NCBI GenBank assembly: GCA_015680685.1
Contig: MNCI01003234.1
Span: 565,023-629,022, forward strand
DNA: 64,000 bases
Direction of reading: 5' to 3'
DNA from: Gnetum montanum
Taxonomy: Eukaryota; Plantae; Gnetophyta
This document shows, one piece after another, positions 1 to 14,244 of the stretch. Each line of letters begins with the position of its first letter. Position 1 is the stretch's first letter. The translations under genes were made by a program, and so were the position numbers. A model generated the notes under the pieces. That model saw only the letters and a list, made by a program, of their open reading frames with translations, was not told the origin of the DNA and did not search any database.

Positions 1-913
1 CTCATTTGATGACATTTTTGTCAATGTATTTTTTGTTTTACAACCTTGGAAAGCAAACTGTGATTGGAGGATACTATGTATTTCTTATTGATTGCTTGAC
101 AACATGTTTATCACTCTATTCTGTTGGATCATTTTATACTCTATATTAATTAATTTTTTGTTGCAAGACTAAGTGTTAGACATGTATTACCTATAAGTAC
201 ATTCTTATTTACATTTTAGACAATGATCCTTGTATATCATGTTTGTTTTTTTTATTAGTGCGGCTAATAATACTTCAATTTTTAGGAAGGACATGTGAAT
301 CACATGTTCTCACAGTATTTTTAAGATAACATGTAAGATCAAGCAAATTGCATTTTTTAAAGAGCTACCACATCATGCATTTCTCATGTACACACATTTT
401 TTCGGAAAACTTGTGTACAGTTGCTTCTTGCAAGAATACCACTTTTATTTTAAAAACTACAAGGACATACAATTTGCATTGGCAAAATACTTATGCCAGT
501 TCATGCGATGCACATATCTCTGCACTTAAATTTTTTTACAGAAACCAATCTAACACAGTGCGCTTCAATGCAAGTGGTACTTTCTAATTTCAAATTGCAA
601 GTGGCAATGAAGACTGCAAGTTGCATATTTTGTGGAAATGTGAAATTCACAATTTTTCATGCTTCTTGCAACATACACACAAAACTGCAAGTGGTCATTA
701 AATAATGCAAGTGGCGAGTATTCTGAGAAATGTGAGTCAAAAAATAAAATGAATCAGTGCGGCTGTAATTTTCATTTTTACTTTGGCAGGTTTACTTTCA
801 CTCACTCACGATAGACATTGTGTGAGAAGCTAACATTGCAGAAAGTCAGAGCAACCAAGATAGTAGCAGAGGATTTCATTTCAAAGAATTCAATTTTCGA
901 CATTGAAGCAGCA

Positions 914-3901
914 ATGAGCTGAAGGTATGTTAAACCACACCGTGAATCTCAATTTTCTTGATTTTTTCCTCACTAGGGTTAGCGGCGAGGGTCTGCAATT
1001 TTATTAAATTAGAGAATTTTACTTTGGATATGATTTTCTATTTAAGGATTTGAGCGATTTTTGAAAGTTTGCTCAGAACGCATTACCCTTATATTTTCGA
1101 ATCCAGAAACTAAGGTTAAAATGGAGAAAACAAATTTTGTAAAAAATTTTATTTTGAAAAAAATTGGTTTTGAAGCATGCATTTCATCCTTTTTTTAATT
1201 TGAAATGTGGTTTATATGAAGTTGTATGCTGACCACTACCGTGATGGTTGTGCTATTGGTAAAGCAATTGCATGACAATTACTCGGCAATATTTAAGTTC
1301 ATGTTAATTTATATAAATCCTCTATTTAACAAGAAATTTCTCTGGAAAGGACACTTAAATTTTATTTCCAAAGCATGTTGGTATATAGGATTTTCTCAAC
1401 ATCCTTGGAACTTCTTGTTATCATTTATCTCTTCTATGTACTTTGAAAAGATTTTTTGTCAATGTTATTTTTATCAACTTTAGAGGAATAAGGTGAATAA
1501 TATTACAATTTACAAAAAATGAAACATCCAACACAAACCGAAAAATCTAGTAGTTTAGCACTACATTGGTTTCAATTGTTTCAAACTCTTTAGCTTAAGG
1601 GAATTTTCTTGATAGCCTTAAAATCTCTTTAACACTACATTGCCACAATTCACATTAGTTGAGTGCATAATTTGGGTTTAATTTTCTCTTAGTTTTTTTT
1701 TTTTTTTTTGGGTATCATTTCTATGATTTAAACTTAGGGAACTATAGTTAAAAGTTCAAGATTGTTTTCTTCTTCCAATCAAGTAGGCATTCAATTGTCA
1801 ATATCGTGGTATTTAGAGCAGGGTATGTGGTCCCAAATTTGCTTCTCACTAGCATTCAAAGGTCATAAATAAGAATTTATGCAACATTATTTTAAATTCA
1901 GCCATTATGTACTTGTGTTAAGTGGTCCAACACACACTAAGTTACTTTCACAAACTCTTTTAATATTACATTTATTGAAAGAACCTTATATCTTTAGCCT
2001 AGGAATGCTGAGTTGATAAAGCTGCATTTTGATTGTTGAATTTGTAATAGTTTTTGAAAAAATGAATCTCTTTGGCTTTTCTCAACCTTTTTCCTATGTG
2101 AAGCAGTGACTGCAAAAGAAAATGTAAACACCAAGTTGCTTCCAGAAACTCTTTTAATATTACATTTATTGAAAGAACCTTATATCTTTAGCCAAGGAAT
2201 GCTAAGTTGATAAAGTTGCATTTTGATTGTTGAATTTGTATTAGTTTTTGAGACAATAAAGTTTTAAAAATGTTCTCCATACAATTTCAAAATCTAAGCC
2301 CTCAACATGGTGATTTGATTGTATTGAATCAAAAGATAACTCCACATCCATGTCATATTTTTAGTGTGTGTTGTAGCAAAAAGTGCAATTCTATCTATCA
2401 TTAATTATAGTTAGTAAACAATGATTTAATTATTAACATTTGAGTTGTAATGTATTTCTTTGTTCTCAGAGAGGAGTGTCATCACAACCAGATTCTAGGA
2501 GGAGATCTGGCAAATTGTATGATGAACAAGAGAGGGCACAATCTTAGGGTAGACATCCTATAGGCTCTTAGGCTATTGGACGGAATGCTACAAGAGAGTA
2601 GGAGTAGGAGGTAGTTCATCGTGCACAAGAGTCATTAGCACTGCAGGAGCAGCAACGAAGGGCGGAGAAACTTAGATTAGCCCCCTTGTGGAGTCAAGGG
2701 ACTTCAACACCTTGATGTAATTCATTTGGCCTAAAATGCTTAACAAGCTTATTAAACACCATCTTGATTTCATCATCACCAAATGTGCTAATTACTATGA
2801 GGAGGAGACTCGTGAGTTATATGTGGCATATCATCGAGGATCATCTATCTCAAAGGTGATCAAGATCGGTGACTCTGCTAAGATACGTACGGAGCATATC
2901 TTGGGGCAGGTGCTCAACATGGCAGTTCGTCCACAATGCGAGTATTTTGTGACTGCCACCTCAAAGAAAAAAACACAGCTATTGAGCAAGGTACGTAATG
3001 TGGAGACTAATGAGATAAGATGTCCCTATAAGAACTTTAGCTCACAACAAAGAGTTCTGATCAAGGTAATCTACACAAACCTCCTAGCTATCATGCATCA
3101 CACTCATGTGATGTCCTTCATCCATATGGTCCTACTAGATTTAGGGGAGGATTGCTTATTGAACTATCCCCACATTATCATGAGGAAAATGGAGATCATT
3201 AGTAGAGATGTTACTGCAATGCCTTTTCCATTTGTTGTGTCTGCTCTTTTCAGACACTGGCAAATCCTAAAACCAAATGAGGATGACAAAGAGGCCTAAT
3301 ATTTTGGTGTGGACCAGCTGCCAAATTTGGGGTGTGCATTCTACACCCAGCATGTTCCTAAGACATGACTTAACAATCTCATTTAGCTCCCAGACCCATG
3401 TGTCACATGAGATGGTGGGAAGGCTGAGTGGGATTTGTTTTATGGGCACAACCAGGAGATGTAGGTTGCACCTATCATTCCTGCCTAGCAAAAATAATAG
3501 TTTGGAGATGGTGCAATAATATTTACCTACTTAGAGGCAATGGAGGGTAGGTTGAAAGCCCACATGGATTTCATGCAATCAGAGATCGATCACTGTTTTG
3601 GATGGATGGATAGGAGAGGCTTGGCTGGCTATCCGTGAATGTTCAATCATTGTGTAAATATTCATCTAAACATTTCAAATCATTGCATGTGTCTGGTTCA
3701 GTGACGATGAAGGATATTTGTGATCCCATGTTCATGGAGATGACCACTCCACTTCATGAGTCAGAGGTAGGATCATCAGGAATAGTAGGAATAAAGGAGT
3801 AATGAGTTACCAAGATTAATGACACTGTCATAGAGACAAATTTCATGCAGGTTGATGCTCCAAATGAAGCTCAAGACAACATTGCACTAGCATCTGGCTA
3901 G
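914..3901 (+). pseudogene. Decayed intron-containing TE gene A with a Transposase_32-like (putative plant transposon protein) domain
   Basis: ATG 914, GT donor 925, acceptor near 2469. The frame from 2470 has several in-frame TAG stops. ORF 2736-3299 has YEEETRELY and LNYPHIIMRKM...MPFPFVVSALFRH, typical of this domain. Acidic tail ends near 3901. Confidence 0.55.
1951..2251. repeat. Direct repeat of about 105 bp (copies near 1952 and 2146) in the intron
   Basis: aaactcttttaatattacatttattgaaagaacc...tagtttttga occurs twice, about 194 bp apart. Confidence 0.9.
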
Positions 3902-4995
3902 ACAATTGTGTCTTTATATATGTATTTGGTCATAGTTGCCTTTAACACTCCCTTTTGATGATATTTATGTATTTACATGGTCTCTTACTAATACATTTTT
4001 TAATTAATACCATGGTCTCTTACATTACACAAAAGTATAAAAATGAAGAGTTGTGCACTTAGAATTTAGTTGTGATTACATATTTTCTTAAATGTCCATG
4101 GTAATATCATTATGTTTCATGATCTGGTAAGAAATGTCTTAAAGATTAAGCCCCATGTAAAAATGCAATTTTTTTTTGTTATTTCATAAAGTTTTGGGTA
4201 TTGATGTCAAGATTTTGAAGGCATTTGAAAGATGAAAATTCACGGTCTTATCTTTCCATCTTTATAGTGGCTTCCAAGGAAGTTCTTTAGCAAAGTTATG
4301 GTTCCTTAATATCCCATAGCCAGTGAGTGGCAAACTTTGTGTAGAGTTTGTAGAGTGCAATGTTGTTCATGTTGAATAGGTAGCATCATTTGTCAAGCAT
4401 GATATTGAAAGTAAGCACAATTTAGTGATGTTGCAGTTCTTTGGCCTAAGGATGCAATTTAGTCTAGGTTATAGTTAGATTTACTTTATCTACTAATTTG
4501 ATGGTTACAAAATAGGAAAATTTGATTTTTATTTCGTGCATCACTGAACTATGAGTGACATGTAGGAGACATGCGTAACGCACTCTAAAAATATGCAAAC
4601 TACAAATGACATGCATCTCGCAGTTCAATCATAGGACTTAAATTTTAAAGATTGCTATTGCACTATGAACATGCATGACTTGGTAGTTCGAAACCGAAAC
4701 TAATGTTAAAACAATATGTGGGATCCTACAACTCATAATGTCTTGCAAGTGACATCTGAAACTTAGTTACACATAGTGCTAGAAATATGTAGCTAGCATT
4801 TGCCTCACACTTTTTATTTTATGCATTGCAATGCACTGTAACATGCATGTGCTTGTAGTACATGTCAATAGTGTGAGGACATGTGAACTGCATGACCACG
4901 TAGTTGATATCCGAAACTACGATGGAAATAGTGCTATAGATATGCAACTTGCATATCATCTAGCAGTTTGTAATTGATGCCATGTGATGTACTAC

Positions 4996-5242
4996 TGACA
5001 AAATTGAGCAACAAATAGTGCTACCCTCTCAACTAATTTATAGTTGACAAAACTGAGTAGAAAATAGCACTACCCTCTCAGCTTATTTATAGTTAGTGAT
5101 TGATTAATATTTTGCTGATTTTTAGGAATCAGTTTAGAGCGATTTTCTCGTTGATTTTCTCCATGTAATCTCTATATATACCTCCACTTGTAAATAAGAA
5201 GTAATCAAGAAAAAGATTTCCCTTTCTTTTCAAATTTTTTCA
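4996..5242 (+). repeat. Copia 5' LTR (contains an internal tandem duplication of about 49 bp)
   Basis: Matches 17487-17733 and is followed directly by the PBS. Confidence 0.95.
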
Positions 5243-5254
5243 TGGTATCAGAGC
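5243..5254 (+). promoter_or_regulatory. Primer binding site, tRNA-iMet type
   Basis: tggtatcagagc immediately after the LTR. Confidence 0.95.
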
Positions 5255-5400
5255 TTTAGATTTTGAACCCTAGGGACATTTTTTTTCATTCGACCTTCAT
5301 TATCATATTTCTTTTCCTACTACAACCTTCATGGCCATTTCTAATTGGGTAATTCAACCCTTAGTGGTGTAATCCTCTTCTTCCCCTTGTTTTTCTTTAC

Positions 5401-8400
5401 CAAACAGGGACAGCATGTGGTGTACCTTCTGCAAGAGACCAAGGCATACGAGGGAGATGTGTTTCAAGCTTCATGGAAATCCACTAAGCAAGGAATGGAA
5501 AAATAAGGGTGGAAGGTGAAAAATTCAAGGTTGAGCAAATCAAGCCTCATCTTCACAAAAGGAAGAACAAGCTCTAGAACCAAGGTAGTTTGACAAAGAA
5601 GAGATAGAAAAGTTGAAGAATCTTTTAGCCACTCTTGAAAAATCTTCAGGTACCTGTTCATTGGTACATTTAATTGAGCTTCCAATTTCTCATTGTTTAA
5701 GTGCCTCTGAGCAATGTTTTAAAGACTCTAGGATCATCGATTCATGAGCCATAAATCACATGACACATGCATCTCATAATTTTAGTTCTTATTTTCCTAC
5801 CCTAGTAATCGAAAAATTACCACAATAGATGGATCACCAACTACAATTGTTGGTATAGGGAATGTTAAAATTGATCATGATATGATTCTTAAAGATGTTA
5901 TTCATGTTCCAAAATTATTAAATCTCATCTCCATAACCAAACTTTCTCAAGATCTAAATTGCAAAGTAACCATCTTCCCAACTTATTGTCTATTTCAGGA
6001 CTAAGACTCGAGTAGGATGATTAGACTTGCTAAGGAGAAGGTAGGATTATACTATCTTGAAAAGACCAAAAAGACAAGTGCTAGTAAGTGGAATCAACCT
6101 CTAACCCTCATATCTGCAAGTCATTCAACAAATAAAGGCATGATTTGGCTTCACCACTTTAGACTAGGACATCCTTCATTCAAAATACTTGAAACCATGT
6201 CCCCTCATTTGTTTAAGAGCTTAGAAAAGGAAATGTTTAATTGCAAAACTTGTGAACTCACAAAGCACAAACATGTAGCATTTCCCATCAATAATAAAAG
6301 AAACTCATTTTCATTTGAGTTAATTCATAGTGATATTTGGGGACCATCTCCAATTTCAAATATTTCTGGGGCACGATGGTTTGTTTCATTTATCGATGAT
6401 TGCACAAGAGTCACTTGGATTTTCTTAATCAAGTACAAAACTGATGTTAGTGATGTCCTCCAAAGTTTTCATTTCATGATTAAAAATCAATTTGGAGTCA
6501 GTATTAAAAGGTTTCGTTCAAATAATGTCAAAGATTATTTTAACCAAACACTGACTATGTTCTTTCAAAAGGAGGGAATCATTCATGAGCCCTCTTCTAT
6601 CTATACCCCACAACAAAATGGAGTGGTAGAGAGAAAAAATGATCATCTTCTTTCTATAGCTCCAGCTTTATTATTCCAAAAAAATGTCCCAAAAAATTAT
6701 TGGGGGAGAAGCTGTCCTTATAGCTACACATATCTTAGACAGATTACCAACTCAAGTGCTCCATTCAAAAAGTCCAATAGAAGTGTTATCTTAGTTCTTT
6801 CTAACACTCCATAATACAAACCATCTTATCCCTAGGATATTTGGATGTGTTTCGTTTGTCCATATTCATAGTCAAAATAAGGGAAAATTTGATCTGAGAG
6901 CCCTCAAAATGGTCTTTGTTGGGTATTCTTCAACCCAAAAGGACTATAAATGCTATCATCCACCAACCAAAAGATTTCATGTTTTTGTGAATATTACCTT
7001 TGTTGAAACTGATTCATACTTCACACAACCTTATCTTTAGAGGGAGTAAATAGTAGTAGAAGATAAGGACTTCTTTCTTCTTGACCTATCCATAACTGAG
7101 TCTTCTGAATCTTCCTATTCTTTGCCCACAAATCGAGCCTGATCCTATTTCTCAAATTGTAGAACAAAATGATGAAGGTAACAAAACCACTATTGACACA
7201 TGTCCCCCTCAAGTGTACTCAAGAAGGAAACATCCAAACCCAAAACCAAGGCAAGTCCAAACATCGAGCTTGAGTGCTAGTAATGAGGTAATACATCATA
7301 ACCCATCTAATTCTCCTACTGAATCCTATTGACTTACCTATTGCCATTAGAAAACAAAAAAAGAGAATGCACCAATCACCCACTATATCCTATATCTCAT
7401 TTTGTGTCTTTTCACAAATGTTCCTCAACTCATAGAGCATTTCTCACAAATCTTAATAATGTATCTATTCCTTCAACACTATTTGAGGCTTTAAACTATG
7501 AAAATTGGAAAAATTCTATGAATGTAGAAATGCAGACCTTGGAGAAGAACAACACATGGGAAATAGTGGACTTGCCAAATGGGAAGAAACCAATAGGATG
7601 CAAATGGGTATATGTTGTCAACTACAAGGCTGATGGTTCTTTGGAGAGGTACAAAGTGAGATTGGTAACCAAGGGATACACACAAACATATGGGGTAGAC
7701 TATCAAGAGATATTCACACCAGTGGTAAAGATGAATATGGTAAGAATCCTTTTGTCTCTAGTAGTTAATTATGACTAGCCTTTAAAGCAATTTGATGTGA
7801 AAAATGCTTTCCTACATGGGGACTTAGAAGAGGAAATTTAAATGGAGATTCCACTGGGCTATAATCAAAATATGGCCTCAAACAAGGTATGCAAATTAAA
7901 GAAAACATTGTACAACTTAAAGCAATCACCTAGGGCATGGTTTGGAAGGTTCAATAAGGTAATGATTGGAATGGGTTATAAACAAAGTCAAGGAGACTAT
8001 ACCTTGTTTATTCAACATGCTGACTTAGAGGGGGTCACTACCCTTATTGTGTATGTTGATGATATTGTAGTAACATAAAATGATCAAAGGGAGATAGAGA
8101 GATTGAGCAAGCACTTGGCAAAGGAGTTCGAGATAAGGACTTGGGAAACTTGAAGTATTTTCTAGGTATAGAAGTCACATGGTCAAAGCAGGGAATTTTC
8201 ATGAGCCAACAAAAATATACCCTAGATCTTCTAAGAGATAGGAGGAAATTAGCTTGCAAACCATCAAGCACACCTATGGATCCCAATCATAAGCTTGGAG
8301 AAGCAGAGGAAGATGTGGCCATCGACAAAGAAATGTGTCAAAGATTGGTTGGTAGGCTTATTTATCTATCCCATATGTGATTAAGCCAGTTCATGTACAA

Positions 8401-8524
8401 TCCTAAGGAGGTTCACTTACAAGTAGTCTATCACATCCTACATTATTTGAAAGGGTCTCTAGGTAAAGGCATCTTATTCAAGAAAAGTGATAGACTCACA
8501 TCAGAGGCTTATACGGATGCAGAT
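5401..8524 (+). pseudogene. Copia gag-pol remnant: Zn knuckle, protease, integrase, reverse transcriptase, start of RNase H
   Basis: CTFCKRPRHTREMC; degenerate IIDS..INHMT; WLHHFRLGHP, LIHSDIWGP, FIDDCTR, TPQQNGVVERKN; KPIGCKWVY, QFDVKNAFLHG, LKQSPRAW, VYVDDIV; AYTDAD. Many stops and frameshifts. Confidence 0.95.
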
Positions 8525-9338
8525 TGATGAGTGGTGAGGTACCCCTACCCATACGAATACGAGCATTTCACACATGATCTGGTTGAACTCTGCAGACAGG
8601 CCAGTTGTGGTATCTAGACAGTTACTCATAGATCGTAGTTTGCTATCTTCCCACCTAGACTAGTATTAGCTTTGTCACGTATGGTTTAGTCCAGAGTGAG
8701 GTGTATGATGTGTTCCTATACTAATGCTACTCCTGGGGCTAATGGAAAGTAATATCAACTAAACTAGGAGAGAGAGAGAGGGAGTCTAAGCTAGCCTAAG
8801 TGCGATGAGCATCCGTTCCTTAATCATTTGTACACATCTTGGACCTTGTGCATGACTACCACTGGGAATACCAAGCGCATGGCCTAAGTATGCTACTGGG
8901 TTACCAAGTAGTCACACTTAAATGCTCGTGATTAATTCGTAGTCATTCTGCATTACTAGGAGATAAAGGTAGAGAGATATTAACTACAAAAGAAATAAAT
9001 AACAATAAAAAATTAAATAATTAAACTAAGTGAATGCTGCAATGATGAAGTAATCTCAATCTTTATTGTTGGTCATGTGCATGTCCAAGTACGTCACACT
9101 CGATTAAGGATGTCATACAATTACAATCACCACATTGCGGGCATGCACTGGGAGAAAAGAGTTGAGAGGAAAAAATTGATGTACTAAAAAACTTATTACA
9201 AACTTAAACTTAATAACTCTAAAAAAAATGCCTACCAGATCTGTCTACCTCTTATTTATAGATGAGGAGACAGGCTATGATATCGCGTACGCAATATCAT
9301 GTATGTGATATTGCGGCCAATAAAATGATAACTCATCA
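8525..9338 (-). repeat. 3' LTR of the nested Gypsy element
   Basis: About 94-95% identical by eye to 16152-17018; adjacent PPT ttcagtcgtgggggta on the minus strand. Confidence 0.93.
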
Positions 9339-9849
9339 TACCCCCACGACTGAANTGATATTGCGGCCAATAAAATGATAACTCATCATACCCCCACGAC
9401 TGAATGAAAACTTGTCCTCGAGTTACAATGAGAACAAGCTCCATTGATTACATAGTGGATAGGTATGGGATTATTGACTGGTGAGAATGGGTTCATGCCG
9501 CAGTGTGGAATCAGAACAAAATTGAGACATGACACAAAGAATGCAAAAGAAAATCCTATAGCTACAAAATTGATGGAACTCATATAGTTCCTGGTGGTGG
9601 TGGCTCCTCCATGGTTGCCTTTCCCTTGTCTTGTGCTCCAGGTCTTGGGACTTGATGGCATTGAAGTATGGCCTAGAGTTTTTCCTCTTCGGTTTGGGGA
9701 TCCTATGCCATCCATGCTAATGTTCTGATGTTTGATGGAGTCGACACCTCCCAAGGGCAGGGTAGTTGTGGAAACATTTTATTTTCCTTGACATACCAAG
9801 CTGAAAACACCCGCCATTCCTCCTCGTAGGCTTTGGCTTTGTCTCTGTA

Positions 9850-12363
9850 TTCTTGAAAATCTGCAAGTCGTCGAGCCAAGTCTATTGCGATACCTTTTTA
9901 TCCCTGGTAGCTTGCTTTAACCACCTCAAGTTTAGAATTTGCAATCTCCAGTTTTTGCAATATCTTCTTATGTTCTGCAAATTATGTTTCATATTTGATG
10001 TAGGTGGTGGCTACCTATTACTCGAGCTTTGTTCTCGGGCGCCCTGCTGTTAACATGGCAAGGTTGGCATACCGCAGGTTTGCCAACTCCATGTATTCTA
10101 TAAGGTCTTGGATCTGTAGGTCCCGATTCTTAACTTCTACCTAGTGGGCAAATGCATATGTGTCCAATATGGCTTGCCAATCAGTGTGTTGAGCACTGAT
10201 AGCGTTGATGTGGGCCTTAGCTATATGGATCTCCTTCTCAATGATCTGTTTATACATCCCCACTTGGTCCTGGAAGTGCTCCTTTAGCTTTTCATGTTGT
10301 TTAGCCTCATTCTGCAATGCGCTTATTTCAATAGCCATCTTTTGGTAGATGGCGCGCACCTCCTCCATTGAGAGGGTTCGATTTTCCCTAGCTAAATGGT
10401 TCATGTCCTGGTTAACCCAGATGAGTTATTCTCATAATTGCTAAAAATTTTCTTCGAGAACATTCTTTTGCTTTTCCACAGAGGTCAACCGAGGGTTATC
10501 AGCAAAAAGCTGCCTGTTTTTCTTTTGTAAGGCCTTAAGTGCCTTGGTATGCGCATAAGTTTGCGCTTGCACTGCAAAGGCATCCTAAACAGCCTTCTAT
10601 TTTTCTTTTGCCACCTTCTTATTCTCCGTCAATATTTTGGTCAGTTACTTAGTTTTAAAAGTGTCAAACTGGTCTATGGGAATAAATTGCGAAGGATCTC
10701 ACTATGCTGCTTGTAGGGCTACTATCCTTTCTTGCAATTTTTGCACCTCTGCTTCAGCGTGCTCGACCCTCATCTCTGTCAAGACCAGCTTCCCCTTGGT
10801 GAAAATGAGGTTTGATTGAATTTCCGTAACATCCTAAGGGATGTCATACAAGAATGTCATTACTTGTCCTGTTTGTAGCAATCGATCAAGTACATCCTCA
10901 TGCTCCGTAGGAGTCATTGAGGTTTCGGCCAGAGTTTGAGCATTCCGTGCTCCTGTAAGATCTACCGGTGGCACAACAGGTACATTGAATGATTCCTTAA
11001 TGTGGCCTACGACCACTTCTATAGCTCCTGCTGCATCCTGGTGCTACATGACCGCCACTGTGGCCCCTTCACCAGTTTTCAATTGCACTTGAAAAGATGC
11101 AACGTTCCCTGAGATCTGTTGTGACCAAGTGCTCTCCCCTCCTCCTATATGGATGGACACTTTACCCCTTGCGTGATCCAAAGAAACCATGGGCTGTATG
11201 GCATCATCGATGACACGGAAGAAATTTGCATCATCATGACTTTCCTAACTGATCGTCTCAGCGATGGCCCTAAGATGGCTCATCGATGGTCTATAATCTT
11301 GCGGTGGCGATGGTTGATCCTGGCCTATGCTAGGCCCTACTTCTTGTTGTTGGCTAGGTCTCGTACTTGGAAGTTGGTTGGGTCCTGCAAGTTGAGTTAC
11401 AGTTGGCCTTGCCATTTGTTCCTTTTCTTGTTCCGACCCCAGCGTTTCACTAGTGATTTTCCTTGCAATTGGTGGCTTTAGCAATTCAGCATATGAAGCA
11501 TTTTGGGATTTTCAAAGGACATCATTGGTGTATCCTTTGATACCAGCATGTCGACATAGCTTCCTGATAAGACAAAGGAAGGGTAAAGCCAGCTTCCCTG
11601 TCTTCCGTTCTTCAAACCACCTCAAGATCTTTGTAAAATATAGATGAGGCAGGTTAATGTTAACCTTTTCCATCAATACTGCATAACCTATTTCCGCATA
11701 TGTTGAAATTCTTTTTAAGCCCTTCGTGGGGAAGAGGTGACAAGTCCCTATTTTGAAATAGATCCTCTCTTCTGTCATCAACTCTCCAAACTTCTTATCC
11801 TCTTGCCATATGCCCTTTCCAACCAAACTTGTCATGCATCAGGGTCTAAACGGGTAGACAACTGAGCAACCTTTGGCCCTGTATTCGGATGGTTTAATAC
11901 TTCTGAAATGGCCTGAATAGAAAAATCAATTGTCACACCACAAATGTTAACCGTGTGCCTTGTTATCTGTTGTGCCAAAATTGGTACGTTTCCCCTAAGT
12001 ACCAAGCACTACTTTTAGAGAGGATAGGCCACAATGGGGACCCTTTGAGGTGGTCCCTAATGACCTTTGGAGAAAACTCTGTGAAAGATTCAAAATTTAA
12101 TTCCACAATCACCATAGTAAATATGGACCTTTCATGAATAGCCTAAACACAATCCTGGGGCAACGTGAGATGTTGTCCTTGTTCAGGTGCTGCCATAGCT
12201 CCTCCTTCTGCCTACCTTGATTGTATAGTAGTAGGGTCCTCTTGGTGAATGCTAAATGATTGTTCTTCCTACTTTGCATGCTGTCTAATAGGAACTTGTC
12301 CTTCGCCTCTCCTAGGTCGTTTACTCCCACCTTGAGCAGGACCTTCCTATTGTCTGCAATCAC
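9850..12363 (-). pseudogene. Extra (env-position) ORF: Transposase_32-like domain, Pro/Gln-rich linker, long coiled coil
   Basis: IDFSIQAISEVLNHPNTG...NINLPHLYFTKI...LALPFLCLIRKLCRHAGI; heptad-rich ORF 10141-10404. Ends approximate. Confidence 0.7.
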
Positions 12364-14244
12364 ATGGGGCCAATCGTTAGTAAGGTTGTTTTCGAAGTTA
12401 GGTTATACCTTACTGCTTGCCTTAATGGAATTGTTTTATCTCTGTGTGATGTTAATTGAAATGTCCCCGAAAGATTATAATAGTGAGTCCTTTTTACTTA
12501 GGTGGTTTCCAAATTTAGTTTCCCAATATAACTAAGAGGATGAAATTATTTTTGGCACATTTATCCTTAATGTTATAACTAATTACCCTTGATAATGTCC
12601 TTCGGGCGATGAAAAATTTCAAAAAAGTTATGTGCTATTCGGCATGTGCCCCTCCCCCACGACTAAGCTGAACACTCTAGGTTCAAGTAGGTTCAGACAG
12701 AATGCAAATTGAAGGACTAGCAAGCAAGATATAGGTATGAAAGCAAGGGACACGCAATCGCAAGTCATAGAGAGAAATTTGAAAAACTCCCCTGCGTGAA
12801 TAGTTGAAAATGATGGCAGGTGGTGTTGGGGGGGGGAGGGGGGTTTCACATATATATAGGTTTTTGTGACACAATATTGTAGCCTATCGATATTTAAGGC
12901 ACAACACAATATACCGAATTTTGAAGATTTTTCTGAAATGAATGATGGAAACTAAGGACATGTGGACAAGTGTTAAAGGGTTCCAGGGTAATTTAACTAG
13001 CTCTGAAGGAACGAATAATTATGCATGGGTGGAATTGATCATTAAGGACCTCGGGTGGTAAGGGAGAGAAAAAGGCTATGTGATGGTTCATAGGAACGTT
13101 TGAATAAGGGAAAGAACATCATTAAAAATATGTTGAGGGTAATCGATGGTGTGTGGAAGATGTGTTATGAGTACAAATTACAAAAATTACGAAAGTGGGT
13201 CCTCCCCAAAGCAGCTTCCAACCTATAATGCCCTTGCGTAACCACACTTAAAAGTGTCTGTGGGCACTCGAAGGGTTGAATGTAATGCACACTAGTTCCA
13301 CAAAACACACACATGTAAGTATCATCAGAATGAGGTCAAAATTCTATGCTACACAAGACACGAGTTATAATTACATGAATAGCAAGGTGAGATGGGGTAT
13401 AGAAGGGATTGTAGAGATTGGGACATGAAGAAACTAACCCAGGGCACAATGAATCCTGCGTGTAAAGCATGATTAATGTGTCATTAGCCCGTCGTTCCAA
13501 GATCAGGACCAAGTCCCTTCTTTTGATCAGTGACACCACATTGTTTCATCCCATGATGAGTGACTATGAAAGGACCATAACAACAAGGCGTACGATCACT
13601 TGGCATTTTGTTCAAGGGAGGAGTGATTATTGTTATTATTTTTCTTTGTGGTACTTCCTTTGTGTTTTGTTTTTTTTTTCGATTGCTAAATCCAAAGAAG
13701 CTACCAACCTTCAGGCATGGATGCATGTCTTTCCAGTGGTACCCCCTAGAACAACATTGGATTTTTGAGTGCCTTTTGATTACTCTTACTCCCATTTTGT
13801 GTTAGATCTACAAGGATCTTAGTACACCCATGTTGCATGATAGCTCTCACAGATGTCACCAAAGAGAACCTGTAAGTCCCCTTGATGTCACATCCTAATC
13901 ATTCCCTCTTGGTCCATCCTTCTTCATTCTGGGTACAATGAACATAAAATTAATTTTAAGTTTTAAGAATGTCAAGAATATCACTATACCCTCAAACAGA
14001 ACCTCTTATTTGTAGAATGGATGAGTGGGTGTAATGGGCTCACTATCCAAATAATTGATCACTCGAGACTCAATAACATAGAACACACCTCAAGCAACGA
14101 GCCACATGAGTGTTTTATTCATAGATGAGATTACTTATAAAGAAATAAAAAGAACATAAGACAAAAAGATAAAACAAGAAATTGAAAAATGAAAAACTGG
14201 AAAATAAAAAAAATTGTAAAATTAAAGAAAATGAAAAATATTTA

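Noticed and set aside
9339-9404. Duplicated LTR end plus PPT of the nested element
   Set aside because: The two identical copies are separated by a single N, typical of an unmerged contig overlap.
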